From: Malacoraja senta
Lineage: Eukaryota
Length of the DNA: 64,000 bases
Reading direction: 5' to 3'
NCBI GenBank assembly: GCA_038087875.1
Contig: CM075988.1
Coordinates: forward strand, 23,872,001 to 23,936,000
In this document: positions 38,511 through 50,869 of the stretch, piece by piece
Layout: each line of letters opens with the position of its first letter
Numbering within the stretch: position 1 is the stretch's first letter
Program-made: the position numbers and the translations under genes
Notes under the pieces: generated by a model
Told to the model about the DNA's origin: nothing
The model's database searches: none
What the model saw: the letters and a program-made list of their open reading frames with translations, nothing else

Positions 38511-39718
38511 CATAGACAATAGACAATAGGTGCAGGAGTAGGCCATTCGGCCCATCGAGCCAGCACCGCCATTCAATGTGATCATGGCTGATCATCCCCA
38601 ATCAGTACCCGTTCCTGCCTTCTCCCCATATCCCCTGACTCTGCTATTTTTAAAGCCCTATCTAGCTCTCTTTTGAAAGCATCCAGAGAACCTGCCTCCA
38701 CCGCCCTCTGAGGCAGAGAATTCCACAGACTCACCACTCTCTGTGAGAAAAAGTGTTTCCTCGTCTCTGTTCTAAATGGCTTACTCCTTATTCTTATACT
38801 GTGGCCCCTGTTTCTAGACTCCCCCAACATCGGGAACATGTTTCCTGCCTCTAGCGTGTCAAAGCCCTTAACAATCTTATATGTTTCAATGAGATGCCCT
38901 CTCATCCTTCTAAACTCCAGAGTGTACAAGCCCAGCCGCTCCATTCTCTCAGCATATGACAGTCCCCGCCATCCCGGGAATTAACCTTGTAAACCTACGC
39001 TGCGCTCCCTCAATAGCAAGAATGTCCTTCCTCAAATTAGGGGACCAAACTGCACACAATACTCCAGATTGAATGGCGGAGTGATTGAATGGCAGAGTGG
39101 ACCTGATGGGCCGAATGGCCTAATTCTGCTCCCATGACTTGTGAACTTGTGAGAGGGCGAGGATGTGTATGAACTTGAAAACAAGGAGGAAATGTTTTGT
39201 GTTGGGATGTGGCACAGATGATAACCAATGCCTAAGCAAGCGCAAGCCTAATGAGCAAGCAGGACTTTGTGTGACTTTCGGATATGTGGACTGGCCTGTT
39301 TGATGAGTTAATTTGGCACAAGGTGTGAGATGGAAGGCCAGCGGTGAGAACATTGGAACTGGAGATAACAGCATGACTTATAGTTTCATCAGCAGATGAC
39401 TTGAGGCAAAACATTTTATGGAGGTAGCAGTAGTGTATAGTCATTGATGGGGTGATTTGTGGATGAAAGCCCGTCTGGGTAAAATATGACGACAAGATTT
39501 CAAAAAATCGTTTTCAAACAAGAGCTATAGCGAGGGGTGGTGGCAGTGTGGTGAGATCTAAACAAGGTCTTGAGGTAGTGAGTCTGGGAGTTGAGTCACA
39601 CAGCATGGAAACGGGCCCTTCGGCCAACTTGCCCATGCCGGCCAAGATGCCCCGTCCACACGGGTCCCACACGCCCGCCATTTGACCCATATTCCTCCAA
39701 ACCTTTCCTATCCAAGGT

Positions 39719-40112
39719 ACACAAAAATGCTGGAGAAACTCAGCGGGTGCAGCAGCATCTATGGAGCGAAGGAAATAGGCAACGTTTCGAGACGAAACCC
39801 TGAAGGAAATAGGCAACGTTTCGGGACGAAACCCGGAAGGGTTTCGGGCCGAAACGTTGCCTATTTCCTTCGCTCCATAGATGCTGCTGCACCCGCTGAG
39901 TTTCTCCAGCATTTTTGAGTACCTTGGATAGGAAAGGTTTGGAGGAATATGGGTCAAATGGTTTCGTCCCGAAACGTTGCCTATTTCCTTCAGGGTTTCG
40001 GGCCGAAACGTTGCTATTTCCTTCGCTCCATAGATGCTGCTGCACCCGCTGAGTTTCTCCAGCATTTTTGTGTACCTTCGATTTCCAGCATCTGCAGTTC
40101 CTTCTTTTAACA
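39719..40112. mobile_element. Complex Penelope fold-back element containing an inverted copy of its own flank
   Basis: TSD CTTTCCTATCCAAGGT at 39703-39718 and 40113-40128; 39919-39961 is the reverse complement of 39678-39720. Confidence 0.8.
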
Positions 40113-43100
40113 CTTTCCTATCCAAGGTTTGGATCCACTTTTCCTATCCAAAACAATCCAGAGTTTGTTGTGGGAAGGAACCGCCGATGCTGGTTTATAC
40201 CGAGGTAGACTCAAAAATGCTGGAGTAACTCAGTGGGTCAGGCAGCATCTCTGGAGAAAAAGAAATAGGTGACATTTCAGCCGGGACCCCTCTTCACACT
40301 CAAGAAGTTCTGACTTTGAAACGTTGCCGATTCTTTTCCTCCAGAGATGCTGCCTGACCCACTGAGTTGCTCCAGCATTTTTGTGTCGACAGTCCAGAGC
40401 TTGTCTGGATTAGTTGGTTCATCCAATCTCTGGATTGTTAAGATTGTTAAGGCTTGGACACGCTAGAGGCAGGAAACATGTTACCGATGTTGGGGGAGTC
40501 CAGAACCAGGGGCCACAGTTTAAGAATAAGGAGTAAGCCATTTAGAACGGAGACGAGGAAACACTTTTTCTCACAGCTAGTGGTGAGTCTGTGGAATTCT
40601 CTGCCTCAGAGGGCAGTGGAGGCAAGGTTCTCTGGATGCTTTTCAAGAGAGAGCTAGATAGGGCTCTTAAAAATAGCGGAGTCGGGGGGATATGGGGAGA
40701 AGGCAGGAATGGGGTACTGATTGGGGATGATCAGCCATGATAACATTGAATGGCGGTGCTGGCTCGAAGGGCCGAATGGCTGCACCCATTGTCTATTGTC
40801 TATTGGATAAAGTCACTCAGCATTTGAGGTTTGCATGGAATCACGGCAATGGTACATGCTGGTTGAAGTTGTGTGTTTTTGAAACACCAGTGTTCTTGTT
40901 AAGGACTGTTGGCAGCTTCTGCCTTCATTAATAGACCCATTTAACATTGAGCAGTTTTGTCGGGAGTAAAGAAAAATAAGAAAAAGTTCCACTGGCACGA
41001 GGGTTAGTAACCATAGGACACGGATTTGTTGCTCACCAAAGAAACAAAAAAGGATACAAACAAATAGCAAAATATATATATTTTTAAAGATATTGAATGC
41101 CTTCCCTGAAAGGTAAATGGATCCAAATTAATGACTTGAAAACTTGAAATGAACTGATGAATATTTAAAGGGAAATTTTGCTTGTCATTTGGTCTAATTG
41201 CTTTTGGAAGAGTCGGCACAGGGATGAAGGGCCGAATGGCCTCTCGCTCTGTGATCGGAGCATATTAGCTGGTCTCTGTCTGTGTAAGCAGGTTGTCACT
41301 GCCGGTACAGTTGTTTAGGAAGGAACAGCAGACGCTGGCGTAAAACGCTAGAGTAACTCAGCGGGACAGGCAGCAACTCTGGTGAGAGGGAAGTGGGTGA
41401 CGTTTCGGGTCGAGACCCTTCTTCGGACTAAGTTGTAGAGGTGCTGCCTTACAGTGCTGGAGACCCGGGTTCCATCCTGACTGCAGGGTTATTTGTACGT
41501 TCTCCCTGTGACTGCATGGGTTTTCCCCGGGTGCTCCGGTTCCCTCCACCCCCCCCCCCCCCCCCCCCAAAGACGTGCAGGTTTGTAGGTTAATTGGCTT
41601 CGGTAAAGATTGTAAATTGTTCCTAGTGTGTAGGATAGTGCTAGTGTATGGGGATCGGCACGAACGCGGAGGGCTGAAGGATCTGTTTCTGCGATCAACT
41701 ATTGCTTTTCTGCAGAGATGCTGTCTGACCCGCAAAGTTACTCCAGCTGTTTGTGTCTGTCTTCAGTTCAAACCAGCATCTGCAGTTCCTTCCTACAGAT
41801 GATGCCAAGTTACATTGGTCTCATCTGCCTGTACATGATCCATATCCCTCTATTCCCTGCAATTCCACGTGCCTAAAGTCACTTAAACGCCACTCTCGTA
41901 TCTGCCTCCACCACAACCTCTGGCAATGTGTTCCTGGCCCCCACTACTCTCTGTAAAACAAAAAACTTGCCCCGAACATCTCCGTTAAATGTTTGTGTTT
42001 AAGAGGGAACTGCAGATTCTGGAAAATCGAAGGTAGACAAAAGTGCTGGAGAAACTCAGCGGGTGCAGCAGCATCTATGGAGCGAAGGAAATAGGCAACG
42101 TTTCGGGTCTGAAGAAGGGTGTCGGCCCGAAACGTTGCCTATTTCCTTCGCTCCATAGATGCTGCCTCACCCGCTGAGTTTCTCCAGCATTCTTGTCAAC
42201 CTTGCATTAAATTTCCCCCCTCTCACTTTCAGGCTGTCTCCAGTATTGGACATTTCCACCCTGGTTCTGACTGTCTTACCAATCTACGCTTCTCATCATT
42301 TCACATACAGATTTTGTATTTATAATGTAGCCTGTTTTTGGAAACGTCAGGCTATATGGCTGCAGAATTTATTTAATGAAGAGCTTTGACTTCTCTCCCC
42401 ACCCACACGTGGTCTCCTCTCCCTGCCGCTGGCTCGCTCGCTGGAGTTCCCCTCACCCCCCCTCTTCTCAGCCCTTACAAAATACCCAAAACAATTTCAA
42501 AATGCTCTACCTGTCCAACCAGGTATGAGCAGGGAAAAGGAATAGGTGACGTTTCTGGTCGAGACCTTTCTTCAGATGTGGTCTATTCCTTTTCTCCAGA
42601 GCAGCTGGGCTTGTACACTCTGGAGTTTAGAAGGATGAGAGGTAATCTAATTGAAACATATAAGATTGTTATGGGTTTGGACATGCTGGAGGCAGGAAAC
42701 ATGTTCCCGATGTTGGGGGGAGTCCAGAACCAGGGGCCACAGTTTAAGAATAAGGAGTAAGCCATTTAGAACGGAGACGAGGAAACACTTTTTCTCACAG
42801 AGAGTGGTGAGTCTGTGGAATTCTCTGCCTCAGAGGGCGGTGGAGGCAGGTTCTCTGGATGCTTTCAAGAGAGAGCTAGATAGGGCTCTTAAAAATAGCG
42901 GAGTCAGGGGATATGGGGAGAAGGCAGGAACGGGGTACTGATTGGGGATGATCAGCCGTGATCACATTGAATGGCGGTGCTGGCTCGAAGGGCCGAATGG
43001 CCTACTCCTGCACCTATTGTCTATTGTTTGTAGGTTAATTTTACTTTGGTGAAAGTTGTAAATTGTCCCTAGTGTGTAGGATTATGCTAGTGTACGGGGT

Positions 43101-43908
43101 GATCGCTGGTCAGCGCAGATACTAGCTGTATCTCTAAACTATGTTAAACTCTTGAAGGGTATCAGCAGTAGTCACTTTGTAGCTCATGGTGAGGTATGTA
43201 ACATGAGCAAAAGCAGAAAGAAAGTAGACAAGAAATGCTGGAGACACTCAGCGGGTGAGGCAGCATCTATGGAGAAAAGGAGGAGGCGATGTTTCGGGTC
43301 GAGACCCTACGTCACCTATTCCTTTTCTCCATAGATGCTGCCTCACTCGCTGAGTTTCTCCAGCATTCTTGTCTACTTTCGATTTTTTTTCCAGCATCTG
43401 CAGTTCCTTCTTAAACTAAAGCAGAAAGAATGTCAGTTTTCTCTTTCTGGAGATTTTCCAAAACATCTAGGAAACCTGAAGGGATAGTTAGTTTTCCCCG
43501 TCAACAAAACAAATTAATTTCAGGATCCATTGACCCTGTCGCGGAACCTGCGCCCTTATCTTAATCTGCTGTCTCCCACTGAAGAAAACTCGCGTTGAGT
43601 TTTCCTCCTTGTCCACGCCAAGTGAGGGACTGTCTCTTTAAAGAGGACTGTCTGTGGATTCCTGATGGATTGCGAAATGTGAACTTACTCCTGCTGCTTG
43701 CTCCACTTGGCTCCACTTGCAGCATTCCTTGGGGAGGGGATGGGGAAACATTCACCTTTGACCCCCAGAACATGCGAACTCTCAATGTGTGCGCACTGAC
43801 TAATCATCCTCCTCAGTCCTCTCTCCCACTCTGACTGGGAATGAAAATTGCTTATTTCCTTTTAGCCCTCCTGATTAGTTTTTTTCTCTCTCTCTCTCCC
43901 TCTGGCAG

Positions 43909-44202
43909 GAGGGGAGAGGCGGACGGGACCGCGAATTAGAGAGGGGAGAAAGCTTTTAAATAAAACCACACAACTGCTCACACTCTGCGGCATTCCCAGC
44001 TCTCTCCACCGAGTTTAAACTGAGCTTTTTAAAATGTGAATGTCCTTTTGTAAAACTTGCAATCCTTGCACCCCTGGAGAGAAATGTTCTCCCGACCTGG
44101 TAACCGGCCGGCATTGAGGGACTTCCGTTATGTGGAGACACTTTTCAACAAAACTAAGATCGATCTCTTTATAGCAGAGGCTAAGAAGGATTTGACGGAG
44201 AG
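43909..44202 (+). other. Candidate exon with possible start codon at 44084 (MFSRPGNRPALRDFRYVETLFNKTKIDLFIAEAKKDLTE, phase 2)
   Basis: Branch-like CTGAT (43871), long polypyrimidine tract, CAG acceptor at 43908, donor GAG|GTAATA at 44202/44203; frame open from ATG 44084 to the donor; lies in repeat-free DNA. Confidence 0.4.
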
Positions 44203-44473
44203 GTAATATATTTCACAGGCATTTCCACACCATAAATAAGGAGAGTCTGTTCTTGCTGGCAAAAGGATCAGTTACCAGAAGATTTAAGATTCAAGGTGAT
44301 TAGTAAACTAAACGGCAGGAAGGTGCCGAGAATATTTTTAGAGAGGGAAGTCCAGTGTTGTTTATTGTCACGTGTACTGAGGTACAGTGAAAAGCTTTTG
44401 TTGCGTGCTAACCAGTCAGCGGGAAAACTATACCTGATTACAGTCAAGCCATTTACAGTGGACAGATACATGA

Positions 44474-44764
44474 TTTTTTTTATTAGAAGCAATTGTACAA
44501 GGATAAAACATTCGGCATGTAAAATTATACAATTTATTGTTCAGCTTTTAACCTTTTAACCTGAAAATTAGGGAAAAGAAGAGAGAAAGAACAACAGAGA
44601 AGAAAATAAAAAAATAAAAAAAATAAAAAGAAAAAAAGAAAAAAGTGGAGATATACCTGCCCCCCCCCCCCCCCCATCCCAGAATCGGATTTAAATCCAA
44701 ATTTGTGTTGCACCATACTAGTAAGAATTCGGTAAAGGGTGTCCATGTCTTGAAAAACTGATCT
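44474..44764 (-). mobile_element. L1-clade LINE 3' end inserted into another repeat
   Basis: Minus strand reads DQFFKTWTPFTEF (L1 ORF2 terminal motif F.KTW.PF), T-rich UTR, poly(A); TSD ACAGATACATGA at 44462-44473 and 44769-44780. Confidence 0.75.
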
Positions 44765-46001
44765 GTGTACAGATACATGATAAGGGAATAACGTTTAGTG
44801 CAAGGCAAAGCCAGCAAAGTACAAAATGTAAATTAGAATGAACTGATGGGGAAGGAGGGGGAAGTAAAAGTTCCACGGCAACGTTTAAATACAGAAGCGG
44901 ATAAATGCTTGTGGTGGGAGCAAGGCTGAAAGAAAAAGTTGTGTAGGAGAGGGGTTGGCAATGAGTTTGAGCGCACAGGATTGTTGCAGGAATTACTTGG
45001 TAAGAAGGTTGGGGCAATATCAGATTGGTCACCTTACTGAATTAGTAACCCGGAGGCCTAAACTAATATTTAAATAGCAGAAGTTCAAATACTAACACAC
45101 ATGCAGGGGAGTTTTAATTTAGGAATAAAACAGCATGTGTTTTATCTGAGCGGGAATTGCATGCTGATGCCCATTGCTCGATGAGACTGAGTTGGTGCAT
45201 TATCTAGCTGGGTCTGTAATGAGTATGTCTCTGCTTTTGGGAACAGACTACTGCGACGTCATTTGCCCCTGCCCTTGCATCAATCAGCCTTTCGACTGAA
45301 GGCCATGCCTGTTACCTTTTAGATTTGATTATTCCAATAATTTCCAAGCAGGTTTAGAGGGTGGCGCAGCGGTAGAGTTGCTGCCTCACGGCGCCAGAGA
45401 CCCGGGTTCGATCCTGACAACAGGTGCTGTCTGTACGGGGTTTGTACGTTCTCCCCGTGACCTGCGTGGGTTTTCTCCAGGGGCTCCGCTTTCCCCCCAC
45501 TTTCCAAAGACGTGCAGGTTTGTAGGTTAATTGGCTTCGGTAAAAAAATGGTAAATTGTCCCTGGGGTGTGTAGGATAGTTCTAGTGTTAGGTGTCTTCT
45601 GCTTCTTCTTGCGTATGGCGTGCACAGCCTAAAGTTGTAGGACAACTTGTTCTATTTGATCTTATTTGATTGTGCACGCCAGGTTGATTGCATTCGTCGA
45701 AACAGGGCGGACCACGTGAAGGTTGCAATCTCCCACCCCTGGTTTGACCGCTGGTTTGCGCAGTCTCGGTGGGCCCAAGGGCCTGTTTCCGAGCTGTATC
45801 TCGAAACTAAACTAAGCTATATCCTCCGCTTTACACACTGTACCTTCAGGTCACCCAGAACTATTTGAACCCAAGCTCCTGATTACTCATTTCCCTGTGC
45901 TTGGTAAGCTGATGGCTTTTGCCCCAGCAATACATTGGTTTTCATATCCTGCTGCTTACAATTCACTGGGATCGCACTGAGGGCACCTATTCTAATTACC
46001 T

Positions 46002-46600
46002 GGTAGACAAAAGTGCTGGAGAAACTCAGCGGGTGCAGCAGCATCTATGGAGCGAAGCGATTTCCTTCGCTCCATAGATGCTGCTGCACCCGCTGAGTTT
46101 CTCCAGCACTTTTGTCTACCTTCGATTTTCCAGCATCTGCAGTTCCTTCTTAAACATTATTCTAATTACCTTCCGGTTGATCTCAAGGTTGCTGGACACT
46201 TTAATTCTCCTTCCCATTCCTACACAGACCTTTCTGTCCTCGGTCTCCTCCATTGTCAGACTGAGGCTCAATGCAAATTGGAGGAACAGGATCTCATATT
46301 TCACTTGGGCAGCTTACATCCCAGTGGTATGAATATTGATTTCTCTCACTTCAGGTAGCCCCGGCATTTCCTCTCTCTCCATCCCTCCCCCACCCAAGTC
46401 GCACCAGCTTCTCATTTTCACCCAACAAACAGCTAACAATGGCCTGTTTCCTTTACCATCGTTACTTTTTTGCATATCTTTCATTCATTGTTCTTTATCT
46501 CTCCACATCATCGTCTATATCTCTCGTTTCCCTTACCCCTAACGTCACCATTTCCTTCTCTCCAGAGATGCTGCCTGTCCCGCTGAGTAACTCCAGCTTC
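46002..46600 (+). mobile_element. Fold-back element (46002-46157) inserted ahead of a Penelope endonuclease C-terminal fragment and partial pLTR
   Basis: TSD TATTCTAATTACCT at 45988-46001 and 46158-46171; downstream VAGHFNSPSHSYTDLSVLGLLHC...KLEEQDLIFHLGSLHPSGMNIDFS. Confidence 0.8.
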
Positions 46601-47838
46601 ACATATTCTAGAGTTTGGTTGAGTTAGATTTAGCTCTCGTGGCTATCGGATTCAGGGGATATGGGGAGAAGGCAGGAACAGGATACTGATTTTGGATGAT
46701 CAGCCATGATCACATTGAATGGCGGTGCTGGCTCTAAGGGACGAATGGCCTACTCCTGCACCTATTTTCGGATGTGGCCCACTAGCGTGGAATCCCTTCC
46801 CTTATTTTGAGAGGCGTCTGCACCACACCCTGCCCCCCATGTCCAGCAGCGGAAGGACCCTAGCCTGTGGTCCCCACCCACAGAGATCAGCCGTGATTGA
46901 ATGGTGGAATAGAAATTGCCTACTTCTGCTCCGACAAGCTACGAACTATGAAAGAAAGGGAGAGCCTTTAATCCCACCCACATCCTAGCGACAAACCCCT
47001 CAGCATCATTCAGTTGCTCTCTCTCTCTCTCTCTCTCTCTCGGGCCCACAAGGCATCAAACCAGATGTCTGTTTTGGCACGAAGAGAGCGGGGCTTCAAC
47101 TTGCGCAGGAAGGTTCTGCAGATGCTGGTTTAAACCAAAGATAGACGCAAAAAGCATGAGTAACTCAGCGGGACAGGCAGCATCTCCGGAGAGAAGGAAC
47201 GGGCGACGTTTCGGGTCAAGACCCTTCTTCAGACTGGGCTTCAACTTAATGTAATGCAGGGTTCACCCGCCCCATGGAATAGATCTGTCTGAATGCAACA
47301 GGTTGGGTGCCGGTTATCGACCCGCTCTGAGCTATTTAAGGACAGAGGGGTTTTCAGCCAAGTAACCAGAGTCTCTGAAGAAGGGTGTTGACCCGAAACG
47401 CCACCCGTTCCTTCTCCCCAGAGATGCGGCCTGTCCCGCTGAGTTACTCCGGCATTTGTGTGTGTGTGTGTGTGGAGTGTCTCTCTCGGACTTTCGGGTC
47501 GTGACTCAACTGACAACCGTTGATGAGAATTTTTTGACTTCACAGCTTAACAGGAAGTGGATAATAATGAGTCAAAACAGGAAATGGTTGGAGGTAGTTA
47601 TTTGTTCAAGTGTTGACGCTCGATGCTGAATGAGCGGTGCCGGGGGACTGCGTCTGACGGCAGGTCCTGACGCGCTCCTTAGCGCATCTGAGACCAAACG
47701 TCTAATTGAGCTTTGTTGCCGAGATTCTGTCTGCTGGGTGCAGGGGAGAGGGCCGACGGGTGTGCGCCACACTGCCCGTGCCGTTAAAATCAGGTCACAG
47801 ACGGAAGGCTCTCTGTCACACAGCGCCTTCCTTGATCT

Positions 47839-48917
47839 TAGACAATAGACAATAGAAACATAGAAAATAGGTGCAGGAGTAGGCCATTCGGCCCTTCGAA
47901 CCTGCACCGCCATTCAATATGATCATGGCTGATCATCCAACTCAGTATCCTGTACCTGCCTTCTCTCCATACCCCCTGATCCCTTTAGCCACAAGGGCCA
48001 CATCTAACTCCCTCTTAAATATAGCCAATGAACTGGCCTCAACTACATTCTGTGGCAAAGAATTCCAGAGATTCACCACTCTCTGTGTAAAAAATGTTTT
48101 TCTCATCTCAATCCTAAATGATTTCCCCTTTATCCTTAAACTGCGACCCCTTGTTCTGGACTTCCCCAACATCGGGAACAATCTTCCTGCATCTAGCCTG
48201 TCCAACCCCTTAAGAATTTTGTAAGTTTCTATAAGATCCCCCCTCAATCTTCTAAATTCTAGTGAGTACAAGCCGAGTCTATCCACTTTCTTCATATGAA
48301 AGTCCTGACATCCCAGGAATCAGTCTGGTGAACCTTCTCTGTACTCCCTCTATGGCAAGAATGTCCTTCCTCAGATTAGGAGACCAAAACTGTACGCAAT
48401 ACTCCAGGTGTGGTCTCACCAAGACCCTGTACAACTGCAGTAGAACCTCCCTGCTCCTATACTCAAATCCTTTTGCTAGGAATGCTAACATACCATTCGC
48501 TTTCTTCACTGCCTGCTGCACCTGCATGCCTACTTTCAATGACTTGTGTACCATGACACCCAGGTCTCGTTGTATCTCCCCTTTTCCTAATCAGCCACCA
48601 TTCAGATAATAGTCTACTTTCCTGTTTTTGCCACCAAAGTAGATAACCTCACATTTATCCACATTATACTGCATCTGCCATGCATTTGCCCACTCACCCA
48701 GCCTATCCAAGTCATCTTGCAGCCTCCTAGCACCCTCCTCACAGCTAACACTGCCCCCCAGCTTCGTGTCATCCGCAAACTTGGAGATGTTGCATTCAAT
48801 TCCCTCGTCCAAATCATTAATATATATTGTAAATAGCTGGGGTCCCAGCACTGAGCCTTGCGGTACCCCACTAGTCACTGCCTGCCATTCTGAAAAGGAC
48901 CCGTTTACTCCTACTCT
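47839..48917 (-). mobile_element. Longest CR1 LINE fragment (RT core to 3' UTR, broken frames); a second CR1 3' end abuts at ~48918-49119
   Basis: VTSGVPQGSVLGPQLFTIYINDLD...ISKFADDTKL...LQDDLDRL; continues in ORFs 48279-48554 and 47942-48295. Confidence 0.93.
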
Positions 48918-49818
48918 TTGCAGGAGTAGGCCATTCGGCCCTTCGAGCCAGCACCGCCATTCAATGTGATCATGGCTGATCATCCCCAATCAGTACCCCG
49001 TTCCTGCCTTCTCCCCATATCCCCTGACTCCACTAGTTTTAAGAGCCCTATCCAGCTCTCTCTTGAAAGCATCCAGAGAATCTGCCTCCACCGCCCTCTG
49101 AGGCAGAGAATTCCACAGACATTTTCTCCGCATTGTCGACTGTCTCAGGGGACCTGGTAAGATGTATATAAAATTATTAGAGGCGTACGTGGGGTAGATG
49201 GTCAGAATCTTTTTCCCGGAATGGCAAAATCGAATGCTCAAGGGTATGGCTTTAAGATGAGAGGGGCAATGTTTAAAGGAGATGTCCAAAGGGGCGAGTT
49301 TAGTTTACAGATACAGCACGGAAACAGGCCCTTCAGCCCACCGAGTCCGCACTGACCAGCGATCCCCGCACACTAACACTATTCTATACAAGGGACAGCT
49401 CACACTTAGACCAAGCCAATTAACCTACGAACCTGTACGTCTTTGGAGTGTGGGAGGAAACCGGAGTTCTCTGAGAAAACCCACGCCGGTCACGGGGAGA
49501 GCGAGCGTACAAACTCCGTACAGACAGCACCCGTAGTCAGGATCGAACCCGGGTCTCTGGCGCTGTGAGGCAGCAACTCTACCGCTGCGCCACCGTGCTG
49601 CCCAAAAGTGTTTTATATGAATGGTGGTGAGTGCCTGGATGTGCTGCCTGGGATAGTAGTCGAGTCAGAGACGATAGTGGCAGGTGAAGAGACTTTAGAG
49701 ACACAGCATAGAAACAGGCCCTTCGGCCCACCGTGTCCGCATCACCCCGCACACTAACCTACGCACACTAGGGGTGATTTTTTACATTCTAACAAAACCA
49801 ATTAACCTACAAACCTGT

Positions 49819-50066
49819 GTAAGATGGAACTGCAGATGTTGGTTAAAATCGAAGGTAGACACAAAATGCTGGAGTAACTCAGCGGGTGAGGCAGCATCTA
49901 TGGTGAGAAGGAATGGGTGACGTTTCGGATCGAGACCCTTCTTCAGACTGATGTCAAGGGAGGGGGCGGGACTCTGTCTGAAGAAGGGCCTCGACCCGAA
50001 ACGTCACCCATTCCTTCTCCCCATAGATGCTGCCCCAACCGCTGAGTTACTCCAGCATTTTGTGTC
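49819..50066. mobile_element. Penelope fold-back element with hammerhead cores on both arms, inserted into an HE1 SINE
   Basis: TSD AACCTACAAACCTGT at 49804-49818 and 50067-50081; minus-strand core ~49919-49946, plus-strand core ~49978-50005. Confidence 0.85.
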
Positions 50067-50869
50067 AACCTACAAACCTGTATACATTTGGAGTGTGGGA
50101 GGAAACCGGAGCACCCGGAGAAAACCCAGGTGTCACACAGAGAACGTGCAAACTCCGCACAGACAGCACCCGTAGTCAAGTGCGAACCTGGGCCTCTGGC
50201 GCTGTAAGGCAGCGACTCCTAACACTGTGCCACAGTGCGGCCCAAAAAAGACCTTTGGATTGGCACGTGGATATACAAAGGACATTTATTTATTGTCACA
50301 TCCACCAATCGGTGGTAGTGAAATTGGACTTGCTATTTCAGCACACAAATAAAGATAAGACACAACATTAAAGAATTTAACAATAAACATAAAAACATCC
50401 CCCCCACGATGGTTCCCACTGTGGGGGAAGGCAGCAAAGTCCAGTCCCGTCCCCTGTCCACCCATAGACGGGCCTATCGTGGCCTCCGCAGTCGGCACTA
50501 CGGCAGCCGGATGCCGGGAAGATGGAGTTCTGGCGTCGGGTGAACACTCCTCAGCAGCTTGGAGTGTCTGGAGTGGATATGCAGGGAATGGAAGGATATG
50601 GATTATGGGCAGGCAGATATCATCACGTTCAGCAAGGCTCTGTTCTTGTGCTGTACTGTTCTATGTTCTATTTACCAGAACACCAAAAGATTTAAAAATA
50701 GATAATTCTGTGGGATCTCTTCCATCCGCATGCGATGGCAAGATGGGCTTGTACTTGATATGTCTCGATGTGGGAGAAGGCAGGAACGGGGTACTGATTG
50801 GGGATGACCAGCCATGATCACATTGAATGGCGGTGCTGGCTCGAAGGGCCGAATGGCCTACTCCTGCGT

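Noticed and set aside
47839..48989. Intact reverse transcriptase gene
   Set aside because: 5'-truncated CR1 fragment split across broken frames; no endonuclease or ORF1
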